Made by a program: the position numbers and the translations under genes
Assembly: GCA_964016885.1 (NCBI GenBank)
Contig: OZ024742.1
Span: forward strand, 86,428,001-86,492,000
DNA length: 64,000 nucleotides
Source of the DNA: Eledone cirrhosa
Lineage: Eukaryota
Direction: 5' to 3'
Notes under the pieces: generated by a model
Seen by the model: only the letters and a program-made list of their open reading frames with translations
What the model was told of the DNA's origin: nothing
Database searches by the model: none
Shown here: piece by piece, positions 41,326-54,333 of the stretch
Position numbering within the stretch: position 1 is the first letter of the stretch
Layout of the letters: every line of letters begins with the position of its first letter

Positions 41326-43437
41326 TTCACTATTCCAGCAGAAATATTAAAGGGAAGAAGAGTTCTCTATGTATTGTTCACAGTGAGTTAATTACATAAT
41401 AAAGACTAATGAACGAGCTACGTGTTTCTGTAAGTATCGTCTAGATTCTTGAAACCTGTGGTAATGGAATAATTGTATTGTGTAGTTTATTATGTAATTA
41501 AATGTATATTTATATGCCGGGGAAATTCCTTGACACTAGAGAGAATTAGTATACATTATTATGCAATGAATCCAATTTTGAATTCTTACGCCTAATGCAA
41601 CACTGCTAGTAGAATAAAATAATCCACAAAGGTTAATGATCTTATTCGGAAAGTACCGGAAACTTAGATTAAAACAGCTTCATGTTTTTATTGGGTACAT
41701 AATTTACTATCGCAATGTAATAAATTGCTTTAATTTAAAATCAAATTAATTTTCTCAGCCGTGTGTTTTCCTTATATTTCTTTGGATCAGATATTTCTTC
41801 TAATTTATTGGCTATCAATTTTTTGCGACCTGTATTTAATTAATTGGTTCATTTAAAAAGAAATAATTATTTCCTTTATTAACTTTAATAAATGGAAATT
41901 GCCCGGATTTGAATTTCGAAATTGACATGTACATACGCTTGGCCACGCAAGACGATACACACACAGAGAAACGCATACATATACAAATTATATATATATA
42001 TATTCCATGTACGGCATGTGGGGAGAGGAATGAATTTAAGTTCTAAAAATATTGCTTTCGGTGACTTTTCTGAGCGAGATATTTGCTGATACATTTGGCG
42101 TTACGGGGGAAAATATATTGAATGAATAGTGCATGATATGGTACGATATTAATAGTTTGCAACACCTAAGTTTTTTTCGTTGAGTTCATTCTTGACCAAT
42201 ACTCCTTTGTCATCTGCGTGAAAGAGCATTAGTACAAAGAAGTATTGTGTAGTTAAGAATTTGATAGGATTGTGAAAATATGTATGTTTTCAGTAATCAA
42301 TTGAAAACAATTCAGACAAGTTGCTTTATTTTCTCTTCGTAACACCTTTTTACCTTTTAATTTCAATTTCCTTAAATATGACAATAATTATACCTTAACT
42401 TACCCCCGAAATGTTTAGTTTTTTTATTGATTAGGTTTGAAATTGTAAGGGTTGTGTACAAGCTGCATGTATGGCTAAGTCAGTCTGACAGACATCAGGA
42501 TAAATTTGGCCTGAAGTACTGACTGACCTACGCCCGTACTCTCAATTTAAGTCCCTTACTAAATAGGGCTAAACGATCACGATACTCAATGTAATGTAGA
42601 GATCAATTGACGCAATGAACAAGTAATTTTCCAAGGTTAATCTACATGAGTGGCATCATCGTTTTTCTTTGTTTTATTGAAACTCATTTGCCAAATATGT
42701 AACATCCAAGCTGAATTAATCGACAACAGATTATATTAGCTTCACGAAAGTTCTTTGTTTTAAAACACCCTTAATTACAACTAAAAAACCCTGCATGAAT
42801 TCGCTACATAATGTGCGGAAATCTAACATAATCAAAAATTAAAACGTAGATTATTCAAAGCTTGAGTGGAATCAATGGTACTGTATACGTGCGGATCATA
42901 TTCAATTATAATATCTTGCACCAGTGTTTTAGGGGTTGCTGAACCCGAATGTTAAGATACATAATATGTCTCAAATCATTTGACCATGTTAGAAAACAAA
43001 TCCTAGCGTTTACCTCCCGCCCATTAGGAATAACATCCAGCTTGAAGGGCATGTTAAAAGCGGCAACGAACCTGCCTCAAAGCCTTTACTATGAGAACCC
43101 ACTAGTGAGTAACGCAAACGAAGACATTTCGAGACATTCAACAGAAACATTGAGTAACATACACAATTGGCTTTTGAAGAACTCAGGTAGTTAATATTGG
43201 ATCATGAAAGAGGGAAATATTTCATTAGGTAAACTCCAAGAAGTAGAAATATTTAGTTGAACAATATGATGTTTTTTGTAATTACTAGTTATTGTTTCAG
43301 TTTCCTAGGGAAGGCCAATGTAAATGTTATATACATTTGCCTCAATAGTAGCAGAAGAAGGCAGAGATCTAACATGACACACACATATACACACACACAG
43401 ACACACACACATACACACATACACACACACACACACA

Positions 43438-43516
<79 letters not shown>

Positions 43517-43612
43517 GGGGAGAGATAGATAGATAGAGAGAGAGAGAGAGATTGAGAGAGTGAGAGAGAGAGAAATATATATATATATATATATAGAGAG
43601 AGATTGATAGGT

Positions 43613-43871
43613 ATATGATAGAAAAATGACGAAATTTCGTTTACATATGAAAAATATTTATTGGGTATCGACCCGCCACAGTGCCTCGCAGAGGACTGGC
43701 TGAAGGTATACCATAGGTGTTATTGACCCATCTCGGATCGATACTGGAGTTAGATCCATAACTCCTATGGGTTAACTTGAACCACTCCTCTCGAAGGCGC
43801 GCATGGATGATCGATACACAATAAATATTTTTCATATGTAAACGGAATTTCCTCGTTTTTCTTTGTTATAT
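43613..43871. mobile_element. MITE / fold-back element with ~55-bp imperfect TIRs
   Basis: GAAAAATGACGAAATTTCGTTTACATATGAAAAATATTTATTG..TATCGA versus TCGATACACAATAAATATTTTTCATATGTAAACGGAATTTCCTCGTTTTTC. Confidence 0.75.
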
Positions 43872-43964
43872 ACACTCTGCCTATGCATAGAATGCTTGAT
43901 TTGGAACCAACACCAGTAATTCACTGTACTACACACAACCATTATATATATGTGTGTAAATATC

Positions 43965-44148
43965 GATGGATTAGCAGTATCAGTAGAGGGTCGGGCGCCA
44001 TGCTTTGACGCATAGAGTTACGGCCCTTGCCATTCTGCGCTTAAATCCCGCCGAGGTTAACTTTGCCTTTCGTCCTTACGGGGTCGATAAAATAAAGTAC
44101 CAGTAATGCACTGGATAACTGCTGGCTTTGTGCCAAAAGTAGAAACAA
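43965..44148 (+). mobile_element. tRNA-derived SINE (main family)
   Basis: Same core and tail. Confidence 0.85.
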
Positions 44149-45250
44149 TGATATATATATATGTGTGTGTGCGTGTGAGGGTGTGTGTGTGAGAGAGAGA
44201 GAGATAGATAGTAGAGAGAGAGAGAGTATTTATATACATACACTCTAATTACACAATCGAATTATCGACGAAGGAAAATTATTCAGAATGAAACTTCACC
44301 GGCTGCATCTACATCGTAACTAATGACATTATCACAGCTACATTAAGCCATTTGTATATATATGTTGCCCTTAATATATAGAAGACACATGCATACTCAT
44401 CACATTATAACATAGTTTTTTTTAAAGTAATATGGTATACAAAGACGTTATTCACAGGCAGTAAATAATTGTAACGAAAAATAATTACCAAAAAAAATTA
44501 CCCTAGAAATTTGCCGACGATGAAAATCTGACTATATACATGCGATTCGAGGCGTGGCATATTTGAATTTTGTGTAGTGTTTTCGAAAGTACAACTATAT
44601 GTAATAGTCAGCAAGAATATATTGAAATTCAAATGTATTAATCGCACAAATTAATATCGTAGAACAATGAGACGCTTGACACTTAGAATATTTCCTATAG
44701 TGATTTAGGATGCAATGTTCAAACAAATATAAAAAATAAATCTTAAATTCACAAAATATACATCTATAGAAAACAGCATCTATGAAAATCTGCATTTGTC
44801 ATGTGAATTTATAGAGTTGTAAATACAGTAGATAGACGAATCATTTCCAATACGAAATTATAAAAAATATGTAACGTTTCTCAAATAGTAAATTGCGTTT
44901 AGTTGACTGGTGAGCAAATCGTGATACATTTTGAGGAATGAATGCGAATAACTTTCTAAAGTTCTCCTGGGAGAGAGAGCATCGTTTAGGAATTTTTAAT
45001 ATTCCATATACCCATGATAAATAAAATATCACAAATATAAATATACCGATACGAGGCATAGTTAATTAAGCTCAATTAAGAATTGGTAAATAAAATGTTA
45101 TTAGACCACCATATATACATTGTTTTATTTGTTTATCACTATTATGGCGGGGCGAAATATATGGCGTAAAGTGATAATCATGTTTATTTGGATATGCATA
45201 CGCATAGCACTTACACACAAACATACACGAACACACATGCACACTTATAT

Positions 45251-45300
<50 letters not shown>

Positions 45301-45351
45301 TATGTACATATACACAGTATATATATCAGATATACACATCATATATATATA

Positions 45352-45876
45352 GCTGGTGGTTGATCTTCCCTCTCTGAAGCCGCTCTGGTTGTCCCTGAGC
45401 TTATTCTCCATCTCAGGCTGGATCCTGTTAAGAATCATCCTGTTGACGGTCTTTGCCGCAAGTGATGTCAGTGAGATCCCCCTGTAGTTGTTGGTGTTAG
45501 AGAGATCTCCCTTCTTAGGCACTGGGAGGATGTTACTGATCCTCCACTGATTCGGGGCAACTCCTGTCTTCAGTGCCTGGTTACAGAACCCCATGATGAT
45601 ATCATCAAAATCACACTCTGCATCACCTCTGATGCCACTCCATCTTCTCCATGAGCCTTGCCCTCCTTGATCCTCTTCTTTGCTCTCTGAAGCTCCTGTC
45701 GGATCCCCTACATGGACACACTGGAAGAGGAAGACCAAGGTTAACGTATTTTGATGGTCTAAGGACAGACACTGGTCAGTTGGAGACGCAGGACATGACA
45801 ACGATAATGAGAACCAGAGACCGCTGGAGAAAACTCGTCCAAGGATCTCGGGAATTTTACCCGTCCTAGAAAAAAT
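45352..45876. mobile_element. Truncated RTE LINE with 5' inversion
   Basis: Minus 45352-~45640 encodes RT ([20 protein letters not shown]...[10 protein letters not shown]). Plus ~45640-45869 encodes the C-terminus (GRGRPRLTY...DRWR) followed by an A-run. Confidence 0.8.
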
Positions 45877-45908
45877 ATATATATTATATATATATACATA
45901 CATACATG

Positions 45909-46030
<122 letters not shown>

Positions 46031-46082
46031 TAGAAAGGATTAATATAAAATGAAAGTGCTTTTTTTAAAAAGGAATTTATTA

Positions 46083-46202
46083 GGTATTGACATATGTTTC
46101 TGTAACAGACGGAATACCTATGTATCGCTGCTTGCGTAATCATATACTGTTAGCAAGTATTCGATAGCAAATGTATAATCAGTTGTCACTTCTTCAGAGA
46201 TT
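46083..46202 (-). ncRNA. HHR-like motif in Naiad B 3' pLTR
   Basis: CTGAAGA-A-GTGACA...TGTTAC-A-GAAA-CATATG-TC, with a long stem II and palindromic minimal stem III. Stem I pairing is weak. Confidence 0.6.
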
Positions 46203-46669
46203 TTGGATAAACTGGATAAAATCAGAAAAATTGAAGTATTTATATTAGTAATAGAGGAAGAAACAGAGGGGATAGTATATGACAGATGGTAAATTAATTT
46301 ACTGCTAAACAAGTATATAATGGGTTTCTAATGAGAATACCATGAGTAAATCTAAATAAGAATTTTGGGAGTGCCAATTTTAATCTCTACTTGACCAACT
46401 GGACAGTCGACAGGGCTGGTCATTTGGTGCAGTAGTATTAATTATAAAGTGTCAATTGGGGAAGGGGGAGATTTCGATTGCTACTAAATAACATCAATGC
46501 TAGTAGCCAGCTAGTATATGCATTAGGGAATTGAATCAAGAAATCAGAAATCTCATTTTATCTATAGCAGTTTGTATTAAAAGGTAAATAATAGAAGAGT
46601 TGATAGAATTAAGACTAATAAAGAATGTTCATATCTATTTTGACAATCAAACGGGGATAGAGACAGGCG

Positions 46670-49003
46670 TTCAATCCTGGTAGTATTTATAATATGAAAA
46701 TGTAGATTTTAAGCGATGGTTACAGTATAACGATCGCTCTATTCTGTTATTTAATAAAATGTTTTTGGATTTCATAATACAAAATAATTCTACATTACAT
46801 AATTTACAAAATTCCTGTCCATGGGAATATGGGGGGGGGGGGGGGGGGCGCAGCCGCTATTATATACCATTTTAGCTGAAAATGTTGGTTATTTTCACGC
46901 AGCTGCCAAGCCTTGTCTGCGAGTGTTGTTATATAACGCTGGTCTTCATGTTTTATCGAGTAACGATGTCTATAAAGGCGTGATTTGAAGGAGGTGGCTG
47001 TAGATCCTACATAGTACCACTTCTGTCTATCCGATTCGATAGTACATTTGTATACGATGTTGCGTTCAAGACACTGATTGTTCAACGGACACATTCCTGG
47101 TTGGACACAGTTGCAATTATAATTTTGCGTTGTTGTATTGCCATGGATGGGTTGATGAGGTTGCTTATGTAGGACAGGATGTTGTTTGTTGTTTTGTGAT
47201 GTTATAGCTAATGTTTTACGTGTATTGTTATGTGTTGGAAGGCGTTTATACAACCGTTTTGCGTTAAGCTTTTTTATATGTTGTTCAATATTAGGGGCGG
47301 TTGAATATGAAAGTCGAATAGTGTTAGGGTTTAAGATTTTATTATATTTATGTGATGTTGGAAAGTGCTTTTTAACTAATCGAAAGAATTTTGAGGGTAG
47401 ATTGGTTTTAATAGAGTTGTTATAGACCGGGTTGTACCAAATATACTCCTTACATCGCCTTCTGTTTGGTGGTGTGCGACTATTATTGTGTCTATTGCTG
47501 TAGTGTATGTATGGTGGTGATTCTGTGCTATTTCTACTCCTATGGGATTTATTTTGGGTGTTTTGGTGATCTTTGACTATATACTCTATATTATCTAGGT
47601 GACCGGCTTTCCTAAGTGCATCATCATAATATTCGGCATGCTCTTTGAAGGTTTGTTGGTTGGACGACTGGCGGGAGATTCTAAGAGAAACATTTCTAGG
47701 GATGGATTTAATTATAGAGAGTGGATGGTTAGAACTCGTATTTACATATTTAAGGTTCTCATTTAGTTTATGGAACGGTTTAATCGTATCTGTATTGAGA
47801 TTCAAAGTAACATCAAGGAAATTGACCTCTTTGAGGTTCTATTGAAATGTAATATTTAATCCTAGTTCCTTAAAAAGCTTTCTGATATTTTTACGCATCC
47901 TTTCTAAATTCTGTTTATTCATATGCTTAACTAATAGGAGCGCATCGTCACGGTAGATTCCACCGTGGAGATCCTTGAATTTTCCTTGTAATCTGTGGGT
48001 GATATAAATTCCCACAAGATCTGTTACTTCCGCCGAATCATTAGAACCCATAGTGATATCAAAATTAGAAAGTCTATCTTTGCGAACCCAGTAGCTATCA
48101 TCGAATTTAACTATAGTTTTCCTCGCTTCCATAATAATTTTAATTTCAGCATCCGTAAGGTCGGAATTATCCTTAGCGAACGAAAGAGCTTCATGTAGAG
48201 TATCAGGTGAAATTGAGGAATAATATTCATCAATATCAAACTGAATAAATTTTGATTTTTTCTCATCAGTAATGTTATTAAACCATCTTATTGCTTCATG
48301 GGTGTTACCCCATAGTTTAATCTCTACTTTAACCTTAACTTGGGGGGATAATTCTGTCTAGTATATATTTGCTAATTTTGCCTATATCAGATTTAGAGGG
48401 GCATATAAGTCTAATATTAGGGTTAGTATCGAAGTTTACCTTGTGGTCCTTCAGGTTGAAGGATGGTATAGCTGGTGTTAAGGGTTGCGTTCTATCGTCA
48501 ATACAAAGTGTTTTAACAATATCACATGCCGAGTTGTTGATGTTTTTAAGTGTAGCTTCATTAGTTTTCCTGTATTTTTTATGCAATTCCTTACGGATGA
48601 AGTTATTGTAAGTGTCCACATCCATGGTATATACGTTTGATGTTTTGTCTGCTCTAACAATAATTCCATTGGCGTTTTTTAGATTATTGAGCAGTGCCGT
48701 GATGTCATTCTGTAGTTTATTGTTCTTCCGTTTTGTAAATTTGATCTCCATGATCATATCCATTAGGTCTTGTCCAAATGCATCCAAAAGTGGGTTTGAG
48801 GGTGGGTTCTTGTAAGATTTAAATCCAAATTTATCCTTGTTAAGATCCGATGTTTGGTTTATACGGCTTTTGTCAAAATGGAATGTTTTCCATCTGATTC
48901 GTCGAATAAAATGATTGGTCCTTCGTATCATACCTAGAATATATTCCCTTTTTGCATGAATAGGTATGTTTTTTAACGACATATCCAATTGGTGCCTTTC
49001 CAT
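46670..49003 (-). pseudogene. Naiad B RT + GIY-YIG ORF with frameshifts (~48345, ~46840) and an in-frame TAG at 47839
   Basis: LDMSLKNIPI, IRLICPSKSDIG, FIQFDI, FDITMGSNDSAE, GIYRDDAL, CNC..CPL..C, YVGST..FKSR..H, FCKLC..E. Confidence 0.9.
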
Positions 49004-49211
49004 TTTAGAGACGTATGCTGAATTAGTTGCTCAACTGTATAGGAGATTAATAAAATTTCAGGTTATCAATAATGTAGTGATAATATATCGTTACGTTAGA
49101 GATGAACAGCGTACGTGCAGGTTTGCTCAACGAGTATAAATTATATTCCGGAGATAATGTAGAAAGGATGAATATGAAATGAAAGTGCTTTTTTTTAAAA
49201 GGAATTTATTA

Positions 49212-49331
49212 GGTATTGACATATGTTTCTGTAACAGACGGAATACCTATGTACCGCTGCTTGCGTAATCATATAATGTTAGCAAATATTCGATAGCAAA
49301 TGTATAATCAGTTGTCACTTCTTCAGAGATT
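49212..49331 (-). ncRNA. HHR-like motif in Naiad B 5' pLTR
   Basis: Copy of 46083-46202. Confidence 0.6.
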
Positions 49332-50167
49332 TTGGATAAACTGGATAAAATCAGAAAAATTGAAGTATTTATATTAGTAATAGAGGAAGAAACAGACGGG
49401 ATAGTATATGACAGATGGTAAATTAATTTAATGCTAAACAAGTATATAATGGGTTTCTAATGAGAATACCATGAGTAAATCTAAATAAGAATTTTGGGAG
49501 TGCCAATTTTAATCTCTACTTGACCAACTGGACAGTGGACAAGGCTGGTCATTTGGTGCAGTAGTATTAATTATAAAGTGTCAATTGGGGAAGAGGGAGA
49601 TTTCGATTGCTACTAAATAACATCAATGCTAGTAGCCAGCTGGTATATGCATTAGGTATTGAATCAAGAAATCAGAAATCTCATTTTATCTATAGCAGTT
49701 TGTATTAAAAGGTAAATAATAGAAGAGTTGATAGAATTAAGACTAATAAAGAATGTTAATATCTATTTTGACAATCACACGGGGATAGAGACAGGCGTTC
49801 AATCCTGGTAGTATTTATAATATGAAAATGTAGATTTTAAGCGATGGTTACAGTATAACGATTGCTCTATTCTGTTATTTAATAAAATGTTTTTGGATTT
49901 CATAATACAAAATAATTCTACATTACATAATTTACAAAATTCCTTGGCACTACCATTGTTACCATCGCTTTCCTCTAGCCATGGGGCTTGGAGACATGAA
50001 CCGAATGCTAGCATTCTATTTTATATCAAAGTGAACTGCTATTTCTAATGGCCATCTTTTCACCCCTTGATAATGTGTGTGTGAGACACGTTGGCTGGGT
50101 CCTTCTGACAGGAAGGAAAATATTGATTCTTTTTAGCTTCCCGTCCCCACGTAAAATTTGTAAATCA

Positions 50168-50423
50168 GTGGCTGGTTGAGAGATAGAGTCCTATCGGGTG
50201 CCAGTTGCTAATAGCTTTACCGTGTCAGTCGTCACAAACAGACATGGCCGGCATAGACTGGTCTTAGGATTCTGTCGATCGATTGGTTATTGATTAGGCG
50301 ATACCCGCTGATGAAGCCGCATAAGCCGATTTTGAGTTGTGGCTTAATATATGCAGACAGATGGTGCAGTGCACCTTACTGATGCATTAGTGCGGCAGAA
50401 ACTATCTCTAAGGTTGCCGCCAC
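50168..50423 (+). ncRNA. Candidate type III hammerhead with aberrant cleavage-site junction
   Basis: AGAGATAG pairs with CTATCTCT after GAAA (50398); CGGGTG pairs with TACCCG before CTGATGA (50308); stem II GCCGCA/TGCGGC. There are 8 nt (AGTCCTAT) where UH is expected. Confidence 0.5.
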
Positions 50424-50459
50424 GATACAAACATTCTAGTGCAAACTACATAAATGCTT

Positions 50460-52272
50460 GTACGAAGTATATGAAAAATTTGATACGGAAAATTAATTCA
50501 GAATACCTACTGACAAAAAAAAAATACTGATATACGAGAAATTAAAGCAAAGATACCACTAAGAAATATAGAAAGCACGGAAAAGGGGCAGCCATCGGAT
50601 AAGAAGGTAAGTCTCCGGGGTCTAACACATCTGCTATAAAAAGTGGAGTCGGCCAAATCTATCATAGAATAGGGGATGGGGGTGGGGGTACTGAAGCTAC
50701 AAAGGACCGAGGGGCTGCCTCGGGTGGACGAGAAAGTGAAAAGGACGACGACAAAGAAAGAGAACTGGGGCTGAAGGACTAGGGAGGGATGGGGGGAAGA
50801 AGGAAATATAGAGGAAGCGATAAAAAGATATAAAAGAAGATCTTACGTCTACCTTTGCAAGCAGGGGTTACCCATTGCAAAATCGGCAAGTGGGGTGTTA
50901 TAGCCCTAGTCTATGGTCATTATGGGGTTTGAGGGCGAGGTAAGTCCTAAGCAATCTGTGTTTACATGCAGTTACCAGTTCATCTTTCTTGTTTAGGAGT
51001 TGGTCAGTCGAAAACAGCATTTGTAAAGTTTCCTCCGAGCATAAATTGCACGGACGGCGTCCTCCCGTGTAAAAGTTGGCTCTGGACAGTAAGCTCCAAG
51101 TGAGATCATAGGTAATATTGTTCTCCTTGAGGCCCCATATGTGGCCTGAAAGTGTAGTGGCGTGACGCCGGGCCGGGTTTCGGAGGTATGTCTGTGTTGG
51201 TATAGCCGGGTCTTGAAGTCACATGCGGTTAATCCTATATAAGCTTTGTTGGAGGTGTCCGTCCTCACGTTGCACTGGTAGATCACATTACAATCTCTGC
51301 ATCTGTTGTCGAGGGGGAAATTGGATCCATCGGGACAGTTGCACCTCCTGGACGGCTCTCCACTGTATTTAGGTTATTTCTAAAATAGGGGTTGAATTTT
51401 TTGTTGGTAGAGGAGACGATGTTTTGTGCAAAGTTTGGTGTGGTGCTGTAGGAAGGTTTGATGGTATTTTTGTTAATTATGTTGTGGTAGCGGTGTTGTA
51501 GTCGGAACTGTTTTTCAATGAGCCTAAAGAAGATTTTCCCGATAGGAGTTGTCACCTCGGCGTTGTGGGGAGGATTGTACCATGTTACATTGCGTGAGCG
51601 GCGGTGTCGCCTGCTGGTTCCGCTAATGGAAGCTGGACAGTAGGATATTTCCTCCCAGAAACCACTCCGCTTGAGGGCCTGGTTGTAATAAGGCGCATGT
51701 TCCTCGAATATCTGCTCATTAGCGGACAAACGAGATATGCGGAGGGAGATGTTTTTAACCAGGTTATTGGTGATGTTCCTAGGATGGTTTGACCGGCGGT
51801 GGATGTAGTGCAGGTTGTCGTTGGGTTTCCTGTTTGGGTAGTACAGATCATTATCGAGGTCAAGTGTAACATCCAGGGAGTTTACTCGGGTCAGGGACGT
51901 TTGTAGGGTTAATTTAAATCCCCAGTTGCGAAAGAAGCTGATTAATTGTTTACGGACCCGATGTGTACTACTGGGGTTGTTCCATTTAAGGGTTAGGAGC
52001 CCATCATCACGGTACAATCCACCGCCGAATGCAGGAAACATATCGGTGAGTTTAGCTATTAGGAATAATCCTATAACATCTGTGACCTCAGCCGAATCCG
52101 TCGCGCCCATGCTGACGTCGATGGGTGAGTCAGGAGCTCTCTTTATCCATTTGCAGTTGTCGAAAAGTAGGACTGTCTTCCTGGCGTGGAGGAAGATGTT
52201 TCTTTCCTGGTCGGTGATGGGCACAAGTGTTTTGGCGAAGTCCAAGGCAGCCGTAAGTAGCGGAAAGGTAAT
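50460..52272 (-). mobile_element. Older, 5'-truncated copy of Naiad A (RT C-half, GIY-YIG, part of 3' UTR)
   Basis: ORFs 51283-52245 and 50993-51286 are close paralogues of the 16055-18207 protein, and the 3' UTR resembles 18210-18700. Confidence 0.9.
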
Positions 52273-52725
<453 letters not shown>

Positions 52726-52776
52726 ACAATTAAGTTAAAGTGTACATCTATATATGTATACGGAAGTATCAGTATG

Positions 52777-52834
<58 letters not shown>

Positions 52835-52987
52835 CACATATGTATACATATGCACATGTACCGAGCTTTTCACTAGACACTTTACAGTGAGTGTCCAGCT
52901 AGTCTGTATGTAAACAGACGAACCGGGTTTTAGAGTCATACGAGTTTTCAAGGAAACACATTTCCTCTATTCTCCAGAGAGCCAGAC

Positions 52988-53040
52988 AGGAATATTGGAC
53001 TAGTTTCGATGTTATTACATCTCATCAGCAATATATACCT
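52988..53040 (-). ncRNA. Minimal type I hammerhead ribozyme
   Basis: ATATTG-CTGATGA-GATGT-aata-ACATC-GAAA-CTAG-TC-CAATAT, extended by the flanking inverted repeat ATTCTCCAGAGA(A)GCC. Confidence 0.92.
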
Positions 53041-53081
53041 ATCTTTCCGGCTTCTCTGGAGAATTGTAAAAGCACATATCG

Positions 53082-53140
53082 TTATATGCTTTTTCTATGA
53101 AAATCAGTAGTGGGCAGACTAATTTGCATAGAACGTGAGT
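53082..53140 (-). promoter_or_regulatory. Octamer + TATA-like module upstream of R2 HHR
   Basis: ACTCACGTTCTATGCAAATTAGTCTGC...ATTTTCATA...GCATATAA; the motif is shared with R1 and R3. Confidence 0.5.
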
Positions 53141-53146
53141 CATTGT

Positions 53147-53975
53147 ACGGTCTATCTTTGCGAACCCAGTAGCTATCATCGAATTTAACTATAGTTTTTC
53201 TCGCTTCCATAATAATTTTAATTTCAGCACCCGTAAGGTCGGAATTATCCTTAGCGAACGAAAGAGCTTCATGTAGAGTATCAGGTGAAATTGAGGAATA
53301 ATATTCATCAATATCAAACTGAATAAATTTTGATTTTTTCTTATCAGTAATGTTATTAAACCATCTTATTGCTTCATGAGTGTTACCCCACAGTTTAATC
53401 TCTACTTTAACCTTAACTTGGGGGATAATTCTGTCTAGTATATATTTGCTAATTTTACCTATATCAGATTTAGAGGGGCATATAAGTCTAATATTAGGGT
53501 TAGTATCGAAGTTTACCTTGTGGTCCTTCAGGTTGAAGGATGGTATAGCTGGTGTTAAGGGTTGCGTTCTATCGTCAATACAACATTTTTTAACAATATC
53601 ACATGCCGAGTTGTTGATGTTTTTTAAGTGTGGCTTCATTAGTTTTCCTGTATTTTTTATGCAATTCCTTACGGATGAAGTTATTGTAAGTGTCCACATC
53701 CATGGTATATACGTTTGATGTTTTGTCTGCTCTAACAATAATTCCATTGGCGTTTTTTAGATTATTGAGCAGTGCCGTGATGTCATTCTGTAGTTTATTG
53801 TTCTTACGTATCTCTGAAGAAGTGACAACTGATTATACATTTGCTATCGAATACTTGCTAACATTATATGATTACGCAAGCAGCGATACATAGGTATTCG
53901 GTCTGTTACAGAAACATGTGTCAATACCTAATAAATTCTTTTTTAACAAAAGCACTTTCATTTCATATTCATCCT

Positions 53976-53979
<4 letters not shown>
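53147..53979 (-). mobile_element. Naiad B internal RT fragment (53147-53808, minus) with inverted pLTR (53809-53979, plus)
   Basis: Near-identical to ~48070-48730. The inverted segment carries the HHR-like motif (53809-53927) and ends CTTTCTA(TA)n. Confidence 0.9.
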
Positions 53980-54015
<36 letters not shown>

Positions 54016-54197
54016 GTATATATATATATATAAATTACCATATATATATGTATATATATATATATATGTACGTATCAGTTTAGCGAACGTTTATTATAAC
54101 GCCCGCTTTGTCCGTTTGTAGACAAGCGAACGGCCTGATTTATGCCATACGGTGTTAAGGCAACCACGTCACCTTTTTGTTCAACACTGACACAGGA

Positions 54198-54240
54198 ACG
54201 ATGTACTAGTTTCAAGCTTGTTAGCTATCATCAGCACCGT
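54198..54240 (-). ncRNA. Minimal type I hammerhead ribozyme (R1)
   Basis: ACGGTG-CTGATGA-TAGCTAACAAGCTT-GAAA-CTAG-TA-CATCGT; GUA triplet. Confidence 0.88.
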
Positions 54241-54273
54241 ATACCCTTCTGCCAGATAGTTGAACGTTCGAAA

Positions 54274-54333
54274 GTATATACATTCCTTATGAAAATTAAC
54301 GGCTGAGCAGCCTAATTTGCATATCGAGTGAGT
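54274..54333 (-). promoter_or_regulatory. Octamer + TATA-like module upstream of R1 HHR
   Basis: ACTCACTCGATATGCAAATTAGGCTGC...ATTTTCATA...GTATATAC; also present at 38766-38826 (+). Confidence 0.5.

Larger units (their letters stand above)
46031..49944 (-). mobile_element. Naiad-type PLE, family B (pLTR-ORF-pLTR; ~3129-bp unit)
   Basis: Direct repeats 46031-46816 and 49160-49944 flank an RT/GIY-YIG ORF. The minus-strand 3' end ...CTTTCTA runs into (TA)n. Confidence 0.92.
52740..53146 (-). mobile_element. Non-coding retrozyme-like element (family R2)
   Basis: Contains a clean minimal HHR and the octamer/TATA module. Its 3' side lies in TA-rich microsatellite and its 5' side is fused to Naiad B RT. 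Confidence 0.65.
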
